NCBI GenBank assembly: GCA_016215405.1
Contig: JACRJQ010000005.1
Span: 75,560 to 139,559 of the forward strand
Direction: 5' to 3'
Length of the DNA: 64,000 nucleotides
DNA from: Candidatus Tayloriibacteriota bacterium
GTDB lineage: Bacteria > Patescibacteriota > Minisyncoccia > Phycocordibacterales > UBA6065
The position numbers and the translations under genes were made by a program. How positions within the stretch are numbered: position 1 is the stretch's first letter; each line of letters begins with the position of its first letter. A model generated the notes under the pieces. It searched no databases. It was not told the DNA's origin and worked only from the letters and a program-made list of their open reading frames with translations. This document shows, in pieces, positions 1 through 9,363 of this stretch.

Positions 1-159
1 CACTCCTGCGTGGATAGAGCGGAGCGTCGCCCCGAAATCCTCGTTCTTGTCTCCCTTAAGGAACTTCCTGAGCTTCCGGCGGAGGCAGAACACGTCTATG
101 GTAAGTACGAGTATCAGGACTGCCAAAGCGCCGATGAGGTGTTCCACTTCGAGAATCAT
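1..159 (-). CDS. Partial membrane-anchored protein (DUF4446-like), runs off the window start
   Basis: Manual translation from ATG at 159: MILEVEHLIGALAVLILVLTIDVFCLRRKLRKFLKGDKNEDF..., an N-terminal TM helix followed by a basic stretch; open to position 1. The family guess is tentative. Confidence 0.6.
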   Translation of the reverse strand, partial: MILEVEHLIGALAVLILVLTIDVFCLRRKLRKFLKGDKNEDFGATLRSIHAGV

Positions 160-238
160 GGCTTACATACTAGCTTAGAACGGCTTCGAAGGCAATCTAA
201 GCGTTGTAATTCGCCCTTATTTTACATAGTATGGACGC

Positions 239-1423
239 ATGAGGCTTCCTTTATTCAAAAAGAGGCGGATATACGCCGATTGGGCGGCCACGACGCCCCT
301 GCATCCGAAGGTGTCTAGGGAGATGAGGTGCGCGCAGAAGGCGTGGGCGAATCCGTCGGCGATACACGCGGAGGGCGTAGAGGCGAAGAAGGCGCTCGAG
401 GATACGCGCGCGAAATGCGCGCGCCTCCTCGGCGTCCGGCCCGAAGAAGTCTGTTTTACGAGCGGCGGCACGGAGGCGAACGCGACGATCATTCAGGGGG
501 TGTTGCGCACGAAGATCGAGAATGGCGGGAAAGACATCCACGTCGTGACGACCACGATCGAGCACTCGTCGATCCTCGAGACCTTGAGGCTCTTCGAGTC
601 TCGCGGCGTTAAAGTCTCTTACGTCGCGCCTGACAAGGATGGGATCGTCTCTGCTCAGGAGGTAGTCAAGGCGATACGGCCCGAGACGGCGCTCGTCACG
701 GCGATGTTCGCGAACAACGAGATCGGGACTATCCAGCCTATCTCGAAGATAGGCGCTGCCATCCGCAAGATGCGGGCCGAGACGATGTCGGATTATCCGG
801 TCTTCCATACCGACGCCTCTCAGGCGCCTCTGTGGCTCTCGGTCGAGATCGAAGGGCTGCGCGCCGACGCCATGACCCTCGACGCCCATAAGATGCAGGG
901 TCCGAAAGGGGTGGGCGCCCTTGTCGTACGCGCTCGCGTCGCATGGGAGCCTCTTATGGTCGGAGGAGGGCAAGAGAGGGGCAAGAGGCCCACGACGGAA
1001 TCGGTCGAGCTCGCCGCCGGATTCGCCGAGGCGCTCTCGGTCGCCCAGGAGGAGAGGGGGCCGCGCGCGAAGCGCGCGGCCGGTATCCGGGACTACTCGT
1101 TCGATAGGATCTTGAGGGGGATTCCTGATGCGGTCATAAACGGCTCTCTCGATAAGAGGCTTCCGAATAACATCAACGTCTCGATACCTGATCTGTCAGA
1201 TCCCGAGCTCGCCGTGCTTTTCCTCGACCGGGAAGGCGTCGCCTGCTCGACCAAGAGCTCGTGTCTTAAGGGCGAGGAGGATTCCTACGTCGTAAAGGCC
1301 CTCGGCGGCGAGGGTTGGAGGGCCAAGAATACGCTTCGGTTGACGCTGTCACCCGATGCATCTCGCCGTGACGTAGATGTTATTGTGGAAGCGCTTAAAA
1401 AACTTCCGAAACAGCCGAAATAG
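239..1423 (+). CDS. iscS: Cysteine desulfurase (IscS/NifS, class V PLP enzyme)
   Basis: IYADWAATTP, NPSAIH, FTSGGTEAN, NNEIGTIQP, HTDASQA, AHKMQGPKGVG (PLP Lys) and CSTKSSC catalytic Cys loop. Confidence 0.92.
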   Translation: MRLPLFKKRRIYADWAATTPLHPKVSREMRCAQKAWANPSAIHAEGVEAKKALEDTRAKCARLLGVRPEEVCFTSGGTEANATIIQGVLRTKIENGGKDIHVVTTTIEHSSILETLRLFESRGVKVSYVAPDKDGIVSAQEVVKAIRPETALVTAMFANNEIGTIQPISKIGAAIRKMRAETMSDYPVFHTDASQAPLWLSVEIEGLRADAMTLDAHKMQGPKGVGALVVRARVAWEPLMVGGGQERGKRPTTESVELAAGFAEALSVAQEERGPRAKRAAGIRDYSFDRILRGIPDAVINGSLDKRLPNNINVSIPDLSDPELAVLFLDREGVACSTKSSCLKGEEDSYVVKALGGEGWRAKNTLRLTLSPDASRRDVDVIVEALKKLPKQPK

Positions 1424-1438
1424 GATACTATATAGGGC

Positions 1439-2176
1439 ATGGAGCATCTCACGAAACAACAGATCGTACTTCTATGCCTTCTCGTTTCGTTCGTCTCGTC
1501 CATCGCGACGGGCATAGTCACGGTATCGCTTCTCGACCAGGCGCCTCCGGCCGTCACCCAGACCATAAACCGCGTGGTCGAGCGCACTATCGAGCGCGCA
1601 GGCGCGTCGGCGACGACGACCAAAGAGACCATCGTCGTCAAGGACGACCAGGCGACGGTCGACGCTATCGCGAAGGCTTCCAAGGCGATCGCGAGGATCT
1701 ATAACGAGGGCCGATTCATAGGCATCGGAGTCATCGTCTCCGGGTCGGGCAGGATCATCGCCCATACCGGCGATCTTTTCGGCGGCGCCATGGAAGCCCG
1801 CCTTGAAGGCGGCAACGTCGTCTCTGCCGAGCAGGTGTCGAGGGATCCGGTCACGGGCATATCCGTGTTCCAGGCGGAGCAGAGCTCCGACCCGAGGAGC
1901 GCTCGGGTATATTCCGCGGCTTCTCTCGCCGAGGCCTCTTCGCTGAGGCTCGGACAGGCGGTCATCGCCATCGGCGGGATAGACACGCCATCGGTCGCGA
2001 CAGGCATCGTATCATCGCTTGAGGGGACAAGGATACGCACGAGCGTTCGCGACCCTAGCTTTGACTCTCAGGCGGTACTTGTTAATCTCTTAGGCGAGGT
2101 CGTCGGGATGAAAGACCAGATCGACACGTCGACCTTCTCGGCTTCGAATCAAATAAATAAATATGCCACCCCTTAA
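1439..2176 (+). CDS. Membrane-anchored trypsin-like (HtrA/S1C-fold) protein with degenerate catalytic motifs
   Basis: N-terminal TM, GIGVIV, LRLGQAVIAIG, VATGIVSSL and LVNLLGEVVG match the HtrA fold, but TNxHV and GxSGG are missing. Confidence 0.7.
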   Translation: MEHLTKQQIVLLCLLVSFVSSIATGIVTVSLLDQAPPAVTQTINRVVERTIERAGASATTTKETIVVKDDQATVDAIAKASKAIARIYNEGRFIGIGVIVSGSGRIIAHTGDLFGGAMEARLEGGNVVSAEQVSRDPVTGISVFQAEQSSDPRSARVYSAASLAEASSLRLGQAVIAIGGIDTPSVATGIVSSLEGTRIRTSVRDPSFDSQAVLVNLLGEVVGMKDQIDTSTFSASNQINKYATP

Positions 2177-4868
2177 CCATTTCACGACCAAAGCGAAAGA
2201 AGCGATCAGGCGCGCCCACGAGCTCGCTATCGAGCGCGGGCAAAACCACGTGAATCCGCTGCATCTCCTCTCTGCCCTTATCCTGCAGGAGGAGAGCATG
2301 GTCACGGCCATACTCGAAAAGCTCGACGTCGACCTCATACTCCTTTCGGACTCGCTCGCGGAGTCTCTCGAGGGAGGCGGTCCGGCAGCGACCCTGTCGC
2401 AGTCCTACCAGCTCTATCTCACGCCCGAGCTCGCCTCTGCTATGGAGAACTCATCCAAAGTCGCGGCGGCCCTTAAGGACGAGTTCATATCGACGGAGCA
2501 CCTCTTTGTCGCTCTCCTCGAGGTGCCCTCTCCCGTGATCGAGATCATGGGCAGGTTCCGCGTGAACAAGCAGAACGTATTGAGAGTGCTCGAAGAGCTG
2601 CGCTCGGCGAAATCCACGGAAGCGGTCGCTTCAAAGAAGCCTCGCGCTCTCCTTAAGTACACGAAGAGCCTCACGAAGATGGCGACAGAGAACAAGCTCG
2701 ACCCCGTGATCGGCCGCGACAGCGAGATAAACCGCATCATTCAGATCCTTTCTCGCAGGACGAAGAACAACCCGATCCTCATAGGAGAGGCCGGCGTAGG
2801 AAAGACCGCTATAGTAGAAGGCCTCGCAATCCGCATGGCCCAAGGCGACGTGCCCGAGTCCCTTAAAGACAAGGAGCTCGTATCGCTCGATCTCGGCCTC
2901 CTCGTCGCCGGCACCAAATACCGCGGAGAGTTCGAAGAGCGCCTCAAGAACATCATGAAGGAGATCGAGAGGAGCGAAGGGAAGGTCATCGTATTCATAG
3001 ACGAGATCCATACGATCGTCGGCGCCGGAGCCGCCGAAGGCTCTATCGACGCGTCGAATATGCTCAAGCCCGCTTTGGCGCGCGGCGAGATGCGCGCGAT
3101 CGGGGCGACGACCTTGAAGGAGTATCAGAAGCACGTGGAGAAAGACCCTGCGCTCACGAGGCGCTTCCAGCCCGTATATGTCGCCGAGCCGTCCGTCGAG
3201 GATGCCATCGCCATCCTTCGAGGGCTTAAGGAGAAGTACGAGCTCTATCACGGCGTGCGCATCACCGACGACGCCATCGTCGCGGCCGTCAACCTCTCCG
3301 CCCGCTATATCTCCGACAGGTTCTTGCCCGACAAGACGGTCGACCTCATCGACGAGGCTGCGTCTGCGCTCAAGATAGCGCTCGAGTCCAAACCGCCTCT
3401 CCTCGAGGAGACGCATCGAAAGATCATGCGCCTCGAGATAGAGAGGGAGGCCCTGAGAAAGGAGATCGAACTCGCCAAAGACGAGAAGGAGGAGGCGAAG
3501 GCGCCGAAGTCGCGCATAAAGGCGATAGAGAAAGAGATCGCCGACCTGCGCGAGGAGACTCAAGAGCTCGAGCTCAAATGGAAAGGGGAGAAGGAGCTCC
3601 TCACGTCGATAAAGTCGATAAAGAAGGATCTCGAGAAACTGCGCCTCGAAGCCGAGGCGGCAGAGCTCAAGGCGGACCTCGGAAAGGCCGCTGAAATCCG
3701 CTACGGCAAGATACCTGCCCTCGAACGAGACCTCGACGCGAAGATGAAGAAGTTCAAGAAGCTCCAGTCCTCGCGCCGCATCCTCAAGGAGGAGATCACC
3801 GAGCAGGACATCGCCGACGTCGTCTCTAAGTGGACCGGCATCCCGGTGTCGCGGATGATGGAGGAAGAGGCGCAGAAGCTCATGAGGATGGAAGAAGAGC
3901 TCGGCAAGCGCGTGGTGGGGCAGGAAGAGGCGGTCAGAAAGATCGCCGACACCATCCGTCGCGCCCGCGCCGGCATCGCCGACCCGCAAAGGCCTATCGG
4001 ATCGTTCCTTTTCCTCGGGCCTACGGGCGTAGGAAAGACCGAGCTCACCAAAGCTCTTGCGGAGTTCATGTTCAACGACGACAAGGCTCTCGTCCGCGTC
4101 GACATGTCCGAATTCATGGAGAAGCATTCGACTTCGAAGCTCATCGGCGCGCCTCCGGGCTACGTCGGATACGACGAGGGAGGCTCTCTCACGGAGATGG
4201 TGCGCCATCGCCCGTATTCGGTGATACTCTTCGACGAGATAGAGAAGGCGCATCCGGAGGTGTTCAACATCCTCTTGCAGGTCCTAGATAACGGTCGCCT
4301 CACGGATACCAAGGGCCGCGTCGTGAACTTCAAGAACACGGTGATCATCCTTACGTCGAATATCGGCGCGCAGCATATCGATAAGATGGAGAAGCTCGGA
4401 TTCGCCTCCGACAGGGCCGACAAGGCGAAATACGAAGACGTGAAGGGCAAGGTCATGGAGAGCCTCAAGGACTATTTCAGGCCGGAATTCCTCAATCGCC
4501 TCGATTCCATAATCCTCTTCGACGTCCTCTCGCAGGATTCCATAAAGAACATCGTGAAGATCCAGGTCGACCAGGTCATAAAGAGGCTCGCCGAGAAAGA
4601 GATCAGGCTCGACGTCGCGCCTGCGGTCTGCGAATACCTCGCTAAAGAAGGCTACAACCCTCAGTACGGAGCGAGGCCTCTCAAGCGCCTTATCCAGGAG
4701 AAGATACTCACTCCAGTCGCCGGATTCATGATCTCGCAGGGAGTGGGCAAGGGAGGGTCTATCATGGTGGGAGTGAAGGCTGGAGAATTCACATTCGACG
4801 TCAAGAAAGGCAAGAGGCCGATCCCTCTTAAGGGCCTTGGGGAAGAAGAGGTGGAGAAGGTGGGGTAG
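2163..4868 (+). CDS. clpB: ATP-dependent chaperone ClpB
   Basis: Clp N-repeats, two AAA+ modules ([16 protein letters not shown]) and a long coiled-coil M domain; 901 aa. Confidence 0.95.
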   Translation: MPPLNHFTTKAKEAIRRAHELAIERGQNHVNPLHLLSALILQEESMVTAILEKLDVDLILLSDSLAESLEGGGPAATLSQSYQLYLTPELASAMENSSKVAAALKDEFISTEHLFVALLEVPSPVIEIMGRFRVNKQNVLRVLEELRSAKSTEAVASKKPRALLKYTKSLTKMATENKLDPVIGRDSEINRIIQILSRRTKNNPILIGEAGVGKTAIVEGLAIRMAQGDVPESLKDKELVSLDLGLLVAGTKYRGEFEERLKNIMKEIERSEGKVIVFIDEIHTIVGAGAAEGSIDASNMLKPALARGEMRAIGATTLKEYQKHVEKDPALTRRFQPVYVAEPSVEDAIAILRGLKEKYELYHGVRITDDAIVAAVNLSARYISDRFLPDKTVDLIDEAASALKIALESKPPLLEETHRKIMRLEIEREALRKEIELAKDEKEEAKAPKSRIKAIEKEIADLREETQELELKWKGEKELLTSIKSIKKDLEKLRLEAEAAELKADLGKAAEIRYGKIPALERDLDAKMKKFKKLQSSRRILKEEITEQDIADVVSKWTGIPVSRMMEEEAQKLMRMEEELGKRVVGQEEAVRKIADTIRRARAGIADPQRPIGSFLFLGPTGVGKTELTKALAEFMFNDDKALVRVDMSEFMEKHSTSKLIGAPPGYVGYDEGGSLTEMVRHRPYSVILFDEIEKAHPEVFNILLQVLDNGRLTDTKGRVVNFKNTVIILTSNIGAQHIDKMEKLGFASDRADKAKYEDVKGKVMESLKDYFRPEFLNRLDSIILFDVLSQDSIKNIVKIQVDQVIKRLAEKEIRLDVAPAVCEYLAKEGYNPQYGARPLKRLIQEKILTPVAGFMISQGVGKGGSIMVGVKAGEFTFDVKKGKRPIPLKGLGEEEVEKVG

Positions 4869-4883
4869 AGGACTAAGGGGTAA

Positions 4884-5058
4884 GATTCTCCGCCTACGGC
4901 GGCAGTACAGGTTTCCTATTTTCTCAGACGAATACGTCTTCGAAAATATAGGAGAACCCTTTCGAATCCTGTCCGGACGCTCCGCTGGAGCGTTCTCTAC
5001 GCACAAATAGAAAACACCCATTGGGTGTTTTCTATTTGTGCGTAGGACAGGATTCGAA
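4884..5058. repeat. tRNA-Tyr 3' trailer: inverted copy of the tRNA 3' end with nested hairpins
   Basis: 4997-5020 and 5022-5045 form a perfect 24-bp inverted repeat; 4961-4974 is complementary to 5045-5058. Confidence 0.85.
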
Positions 5059-5122
5059 CCTGTGAAGCCCAATGGGCGACAGATTTACAGTCTGTTGTAT
5101 TTGACCACTCTACCACCTACGC
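5039..5122 (-). tRNA. tRNA-Tyr(GTA)
   Basis: GCGTAGG/CCTACGC acceptor stem, ACAGA-CTGTAAA-TCTGT anticodon arm, long variable arm and GGTTCGAATCC T-arm. Confidence 0.95.
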
Positions 5123-5191
5123 GTTCGAGAACTCCACTACTCTAGCAGATTTTGGCCGTATCTCAAGCTCTGATATGCTACTATTCTCTTT

Positions 5192-6376
5192 ATGAAAAAT
5201 CAGCCTCTCCGCACGTGGGTCGAGATAGACTATGCCGCTATCGAGGGCAACGCGCGCGCCCTCCGGAAGATCCTGGGGGAAGAGGCTTCTATGATGGCCG
5301 TCGTAAAATCGAACGCGTACGGACACGGCATGGCGGATGCCGCGCGCGCGGCCATCAGAGGCGGCGCCGAGAGGCTCGCTGTGGACGAATTGTCCGAGGC
5401 GCTCGCGCTGCGCGCCACGGGCATAAAGGCGCCCATCCTCGTCCTCGGCTACACGCTCCCGGAGCTCTACAAGGCCGCGGCTCAGAAGAACATATCGATC
5501 ACCATCTCCTCCCTCGAATCGCTTCAGGGCCTCGCCAAGATGAAGCTTCCGAAGAGGCTCAACATCCATCTGAAGTTCGACACCGGCCTCTATCGGCAGG
5601 GGATACAGGAGACATATATAGAGCAATCTCTGCGCATACTGTCGGCGAAGGGGTTCCCTGCGGCGGTCGAGGGGGCGTACACGCACTTCGCGGTCATGGA
5701 AGACCCTTTGCGAGAGGAGTATTCGAAGATGCAGGCGAGGGCGTTCCGGAACGCGGTCGCGAAGCTCAAGGCGAAAGGCTTCTCGCCTCTGACCCACGCG
5801 TCGGCATCGTCAGGGATACTCTACTCGAAAGACTACCACTTCGATATGTCGCGCGCGGGGATCGCGCTCTATGGCCTCTGGCCTTCGCCAGAGATCAGGA
5901 AATGGACCGGCCACGCTGACCTCGTTCCGGCTCTTTCGTGGAAATCGATCGTCACCGAAGTGAAGCTCGCGCCCAAGGGCTCGAAGGTGGGCTACGACCT
6001 TACTCATGAGACCCTTCGGAATTCGCGCCTCGCCATAGTCCCTGTCGGGTACTGGCACGGCCTCCCGAGGAGCCTCTCGAACAAGGGTCAGGTCCTCGTC
6101 TGCGGCAAGCGCGCCAACATCGTCGGAAGGATATCGATGGATATGGCCATCATCGACGTCACCGATATACCGAGCGTTCGAGAGGGGGACGAGGTCGTCA
6201 TCATCGGCAGGCAAGGGAAGGAGACCATGCCGGCCGAAGAGGTCGCTGCGAGCGCGGGCACGATAAACTACGAGATCGTGACGCGCATAAATCCGCTTAT
6301 CCCTCGCATCCCCGTCGGGAGCAAGATCTATTCCCAGAAATCGAAGAGGCCTGCTGTGAGGCAGTATCATATATGA
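5192..6376 (+). CDS. alr: Alanine racemase
   Basis: AVVKSNAYGHG PLP-Lys motif, HLKFDTG, VGYD, GRISMD and TINYEI. Confidence 0.95.
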   Translation: MKNQPLRTWVEIDYAAIEGNARALRKILGEEASMMAVVKSNAYGHGMADAARAAIRGGAERLAVDELSEALALRATGIKAPILVLGYTLPELYKAAAQKNISITISSLESLQGLAKMKLPKRLNIHLKFDTGLYRQGIQETYIEQSLRILSAKGFPAAVEGAYTHFAVMEDPLREEYSKMQARAFRNAVAKLKAKGFSPLTHASASSGILYSKDYHFDMSRAGIALYGLWPSPEIRKWTGHADLVPALSWKSIVTEVKLAPKGSKVGYDLTHETLRNSRLAIVPVGYWHGLPRSLSNKGQVLVCGKRANIVGRISMDMAIIDVTDIPSVREGDEVVIIGRQGKETMPAEEVAASAGTINYEIVTRINPLIPRIPVGSKIYSQKSKRPAVRQYHI

Positions 6377-6663
6377 TACCGATGAGGATAACCAAGAGAT
6401 ATGCGATGGGGCTTATGGCGGTAGCCGCTTTTTTCGATCTCCTATCCCTTATCCCCGGCTTTAACGTCGTGACGGCGATCGTGGGCCAGCTTCTCCTCGC
6501 TGGCCTTTTCAGGCTCAAGGGCGTGAATGTCTTCCGGTACAAGCAAGCCGTCACGTACGCCATAGCCACTCTGGTAGAGATCTATCCCGGGTCTAGCTTT
6601 TTGCCGTTCTTTCTCGTAGAGACGCTCGCTCTCATATCCCTCTCCTGGGCAAGGAGGGCCTAG
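6373..6663 (+). CDS. Small hypothetical membrane protein
   Basis: 96-aa hydrophobic ORF overlapping the alr stop (ATGA). Confidence 0.6.
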   Translation: MIPMRITKRYAMGLMAVAAFFDLLSLIPGFNVVTAIVGQLLLAGLFRLKGVNVFRYKQAVTYAIATLVEIYPGSSFLPFFLVETLALISLSWARRA

Positions 6664-6721
6664 ATTTGCCCTTTTAGAGGGGCTGTGCTACTATCCCCCT
6701 ACATCATTTTGATTCATTCCC

Positions 6722-6877
6722 ATGTCGCAGGACCAACTTATAATCCTTAGGAACAAAGAGACCGGCGAGGTCTATCACACTCGCAAGAACAAGCGAAAGG
6801 TGGAGCGCAAGATCGAGCTTATGAAGTATTCGAAAGCGCTTCGAAAGCGCGTGAAGTTCAAGGAGTCGAAGAAATAA
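6722..6877 (+). CDS. rpmG: 50S ribosomal protein L33 (Cys-less, non-zinc form)
   Basis: Not in the ORF track. Manual translation: MSQDQLIILRNKETGEVYHTRKNKRKVERKIELMKYSKALRKRVKFKESKK, with the L33 YxTxKN...KY...R...FKE pattern. Confidence 0.9.
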   Translation: MSQDQLIILRNKETGEVYHTRKNKRKVERKIELMKYSKALRKRVKFKESKK

Positions 6878-6881
6878 AAAT

Positions 6882-6912
6882 GAAAGCCGCCTATAGGGCG
6901 GCTTTCTTTTTT
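6882..6912. terminator. Intrinsic terminator after rpmG, probably bidirectional
   Basis: GAAAGCCGCC...GGCGGCTTTC hairpin with a T-run, between convergent genes. Confidence 0.8.
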
Positions 6913-6918
6913 CGAGCG

Positions 6919-7008
6919 TTACTTTTTACGGGAGCGCTTCGCGGTCTTTTTCTTGGAGGCCTTCTTGGCCTTTTTGACCGTCTTGCCTCTTTTTACCTTT
7001 CGAACCAT
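6919..7008 (-). CDS. 29-aa Lys/Arg-rich peptide
   Basis: MVRKVKRGKTVKKAKKASKKKTAKRSRKK; ATG at 7008 and stop just before the terminator. Confidence 0.55.
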   Translation of the reverse strand: MVRKVKRGKTVKKAKKASKKKTAKRSRKK

Positions 7009-7124
7009 GTAGTTGGAGTTAGGCGGATAATGCGCACCTCGACTTACGTACGAGTGATCAAGGCACCTACTAATTGTAGTGCCTCTGCGCGCGAGCACAA
7101 TAGGGTTATGCACTTTTTCGCTCG

Positions 7125-7742
7125 TCAGTGATTGAATTGCTCTTGTTTGAATATGTGGGCGTCCTTTGGATCGCGGCCAGGAGAGAGGAGAACGATCTCG
7201 GAATTTCCGAAATGGAAGTTCTTGAGCGCGTCCTTCCAATCGATGCCATAGAACGCGGCGTAGATCATCTTGCCGATGTCGCCGTGACAGACGAGCAGGA
7301 CGTTGCCTCCTGCGCGCTCCTTCTGTACGTCCGAGATGAGCTTCTTCGCGCGCTCGATGAGATCGGGAAACGTCTCGGACCCCGGACATTCGGTCACGTA
7401 GGTGACCGTATTCGTCTTTATGATGTGAGGGGAATAGAGCTTTTCGATATCGGATATCTTCCTTCCAGTCATATCCCCGAAATTCCTCTCGATGAGACCG
7501 TCTCGCTTCTCAGGCTTATCGAGGCCTAGATGGTCGGCGATTATCTCTGCCGTCCTGTATGCCCTCGAGAGCGGGGAAGAATATATCTTGTCGAATCTGA
7601 TCCCGGTCTTCTCGAGGTGGAGGGCGAGGTTCTTCGCCTGTTCGATGCCGATCTTTGTCAAAGGGAGGTCGCGGTGCCCGTTGAGGATGCCGTTTACGTT
7701 GTCTTCGTTCTGGCCGTGGCGGACGAGGTAGATGGAAAGCAT
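7125..7742 (-). CDS. Histidine phosphatase (phosphoglycerate mutase) family protein
   Basis: LVRHGQ, SSPLSRAYRTA, ERNFG and LVCHG. Confidence 0.9.
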   Translation of the reverse strand: MLSIYLVRHGQNEDNVNGILNGHRDLPLTKIGIEQAKNLALHLEKTGIRFDKIYSSPLSRAYRTAEIIADHLGLDKPEKRDGLIERNFGDMTGRKISDIEKLYSPHIIKTNTVTYVTECPGSETFPDLIERAKKLISDVQKERAGGNVLLVCHGDIGKMIYAAFYGIDWKDALKNFHFGNSEIVLLSPGRDPKDAHIFKQEQFNH

Positions 7743-7754
7743 GGGGAGTGATTA

Positions 7755-7930
7755 GGAGATGAGGGAATCGGTCCTTACAGGACCAGTACCCATGTTTGGA
7801 TATATTTTCGCCTATGGCTCAAATCTGTCTCAAACAGGCTTCGATTCCCTCATCGCCAAAGCAATGATGTTTCGCTCGGACGGCTACCCAGCCGTCCTTG
7901 CGAATCATTGCGGGCGATGAGGGAATCGAA
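7755..7930. repeat. tRNA-Trp 3' trailer: antisense and sense copies of the tRNA 3' end plus a conserved 21-nt motif
   Basis: 7840-7857 is the exact complement of 7913-7930; 7755-7770 matches 7913-7928 at 15/16; motif TCGGTCCTTACAGGACCAGTA at 7768-7788. Confidence 0.85.
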
Positions 7931-7981
7931 CCCCCACCAAGGCGTTTGGAGTGCCTCGTTCTACCATTAAACTAATCGCCC
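7911..7981 (-). tRNA. tRNA-Trp(CCA)
   Basis: GGGCGAT/ATCGCCC acceptor stem, G discriminator, anticodon loop CTCCAAA and GGTTCGATTCC T-arm. Confidence 0.92.
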
Positions 7982-8068
7982 GTATTCTGTTTTCAAGCCC
8001 TGATTTTATAGCACAAATCCGAGCTAATTGGAATTTCAATCCTTTCTGGGAGTACTATACTTACACCT

Positions 8069-9238
8069 ATGGAAACAGAGCCGCTCGCCCACAAGATAAG
8101 GCCAAAGACCCTCGACGAATTCGTGGGGCAGCGAGAATTGGTGGGGGAAGGGAAGCCCTTGCGCAAAGCGATCGAGGAGCGCCGCCTCTTTTCGTTCATC
8201 CTGTGGGGACCGCCCGGAGTGGGCAAGACGACCTTGGCGAAGGTCTACGCCGGCGCGCTCGACGCGCGCCTCTACGAGCTCTCTGCCGTGTCCGCAGGTA
8301 AGGACGACATAAAGAGGATCATGGACGAATCGTCGCTTCTCGACGCCCGGCCGAAGGTCCTTTTCCTCGACGAGATACATCGCTTCAACAAGGCGCAGCA
8401 GGACTTCCTCCTACCCTTCGTCGAGTCGGGGCGCCTCACTCTTATCGGCGCGACCACCGAGAATCCGTCGTTCGAGGTCAACTCGGCGCTCCTCTCCCGT
8501 TGTCGCGTATTCGTGCTCAAGAGCCTCTCCGAGGACGAGATACGCCTCATCCTTAAAAGGACGAAGATCAAGATCCCAAAAGACGCGCTCGACTGGCTCG
8601 CGTCCCTCTCGAACGGCGACGCTCGGATCGCCCTCTCCGCCCTTGAGAACGCTCGCGCGCTCTACGGCAAGGTCACTTTGGATAACCTCAAGCAGGCGTT
8701 CGAACAGGTATTCATACGCTTCGACAAGAAAGGTGACGAGCATTACGATACGATATCCGCGTTCATTAAATCGATGCGGTCTGGGGATGCCGATGCGGCG
8801 CTCTACTATCTCGCGCGCATGATCGAAGGCGGGGAAGACCCTAAGTTCGTCGCGAGGAGGATGGTCATCTTCGCTTCCGAGGATGTAGGTCTCGCACAGC
8901 CCACCGCGCTCGTCGTTGCGAACGAGGTCTTCTCGGCCGTCGAGAACATCGGCTTGCCCGAGGCTGCCATAAACCTCGCGCACGGCGCCGCGTACCTCGC
9001 GCTCGCCGCAAAGGATCGCTCTTCGTATGACGCCTACTTCGAGGCGCTCGCCGACGTGAAGCGATTCGGCAACCTGCCTATACCTATGAAGATAAGGAAT
9101 GCGCCGACGAAGCTTATGAAAGAGCTCGGCTACCATAAGGGGTACGAAAAGTACGACGCTGGCTCGTATCTGCCCGAAAAGCTGAAAGGAAAGGCCTATC
9201 TAAAGCGGAAAAATAGAGAGAAAGAGGATAGATCCTAG
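8069..9238 (+). CDS. rarA: Replication-associated recombination protein A (RarA/MgsA)
   Basis: PLAHKIRP, WGPPGVGKTT, DEIHRFNKAQQD, GATTENPSF, ISAFIKSMR and ASEDVGLA. Confidence 0.95.
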   Translation: METEPLAHKIRPKTLDEFVGQRELVGEGKPLRKAIEERRLFSFILWGPPGVGKTTLAKVYAGALDARLYELSAVSAGKDDIKRIMDESSLLDARPKVLFLDEIHRFNKAQQDFLLPFVESGRLTLIGATTENPSFEVNSALLSRCRVFVLKSLSEDEIRLILKRTKIKIPKDALDWLASLSNGDARIALSALENARALYGKVTLDNLKQAFEQVFIRFDKKGDEHYDTISAFIKSMRSGDADAALYYLARMIEGGEDPKFVARRMVIFASEDVGLAQPTALVVANEVFSAVENIGLPEAAINLAHGAAYLALAAKDRSSYDAYFEALADVKRFGNLPIPMKIRNAPTKLMKELGYHKGYEKYDAGSYLPEKLKGKAYLKRKNREKEDRS

Positions 9239-9363
9239 CCCGTTCGCCAGACAGGCGTCTGCGCGAGGGCGGCGCCTTTACGCTGTACACATATCGTCCG
9301 TATCATTTCCTATCTTATAGCGGTACAATAAATAGCAAGCCAGTTAAAAGCACAAAATTTAAG

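Noticed and set aside
2631-4253. Long antisense ORFs (540 aa here; also 19808-21103, 21946-23247, 43020-43913 and others)
   Set aside because: Shadow frames opposite well-supported genes, expected from GC-rich codon bias; no motifs.
4884-4968. Hammerhead ribozyme in the tRNA trailer junction
   Set aside because: It has GAA and CUG words, but no CUGAnGA core or correct stem order on either strand.
7755-7930. Prophage or island attL/attR at tRNA ends
   Set aside because: The copies are mainly inverted and within 200 nt of the tRNA, with no integrase or cargo between them.
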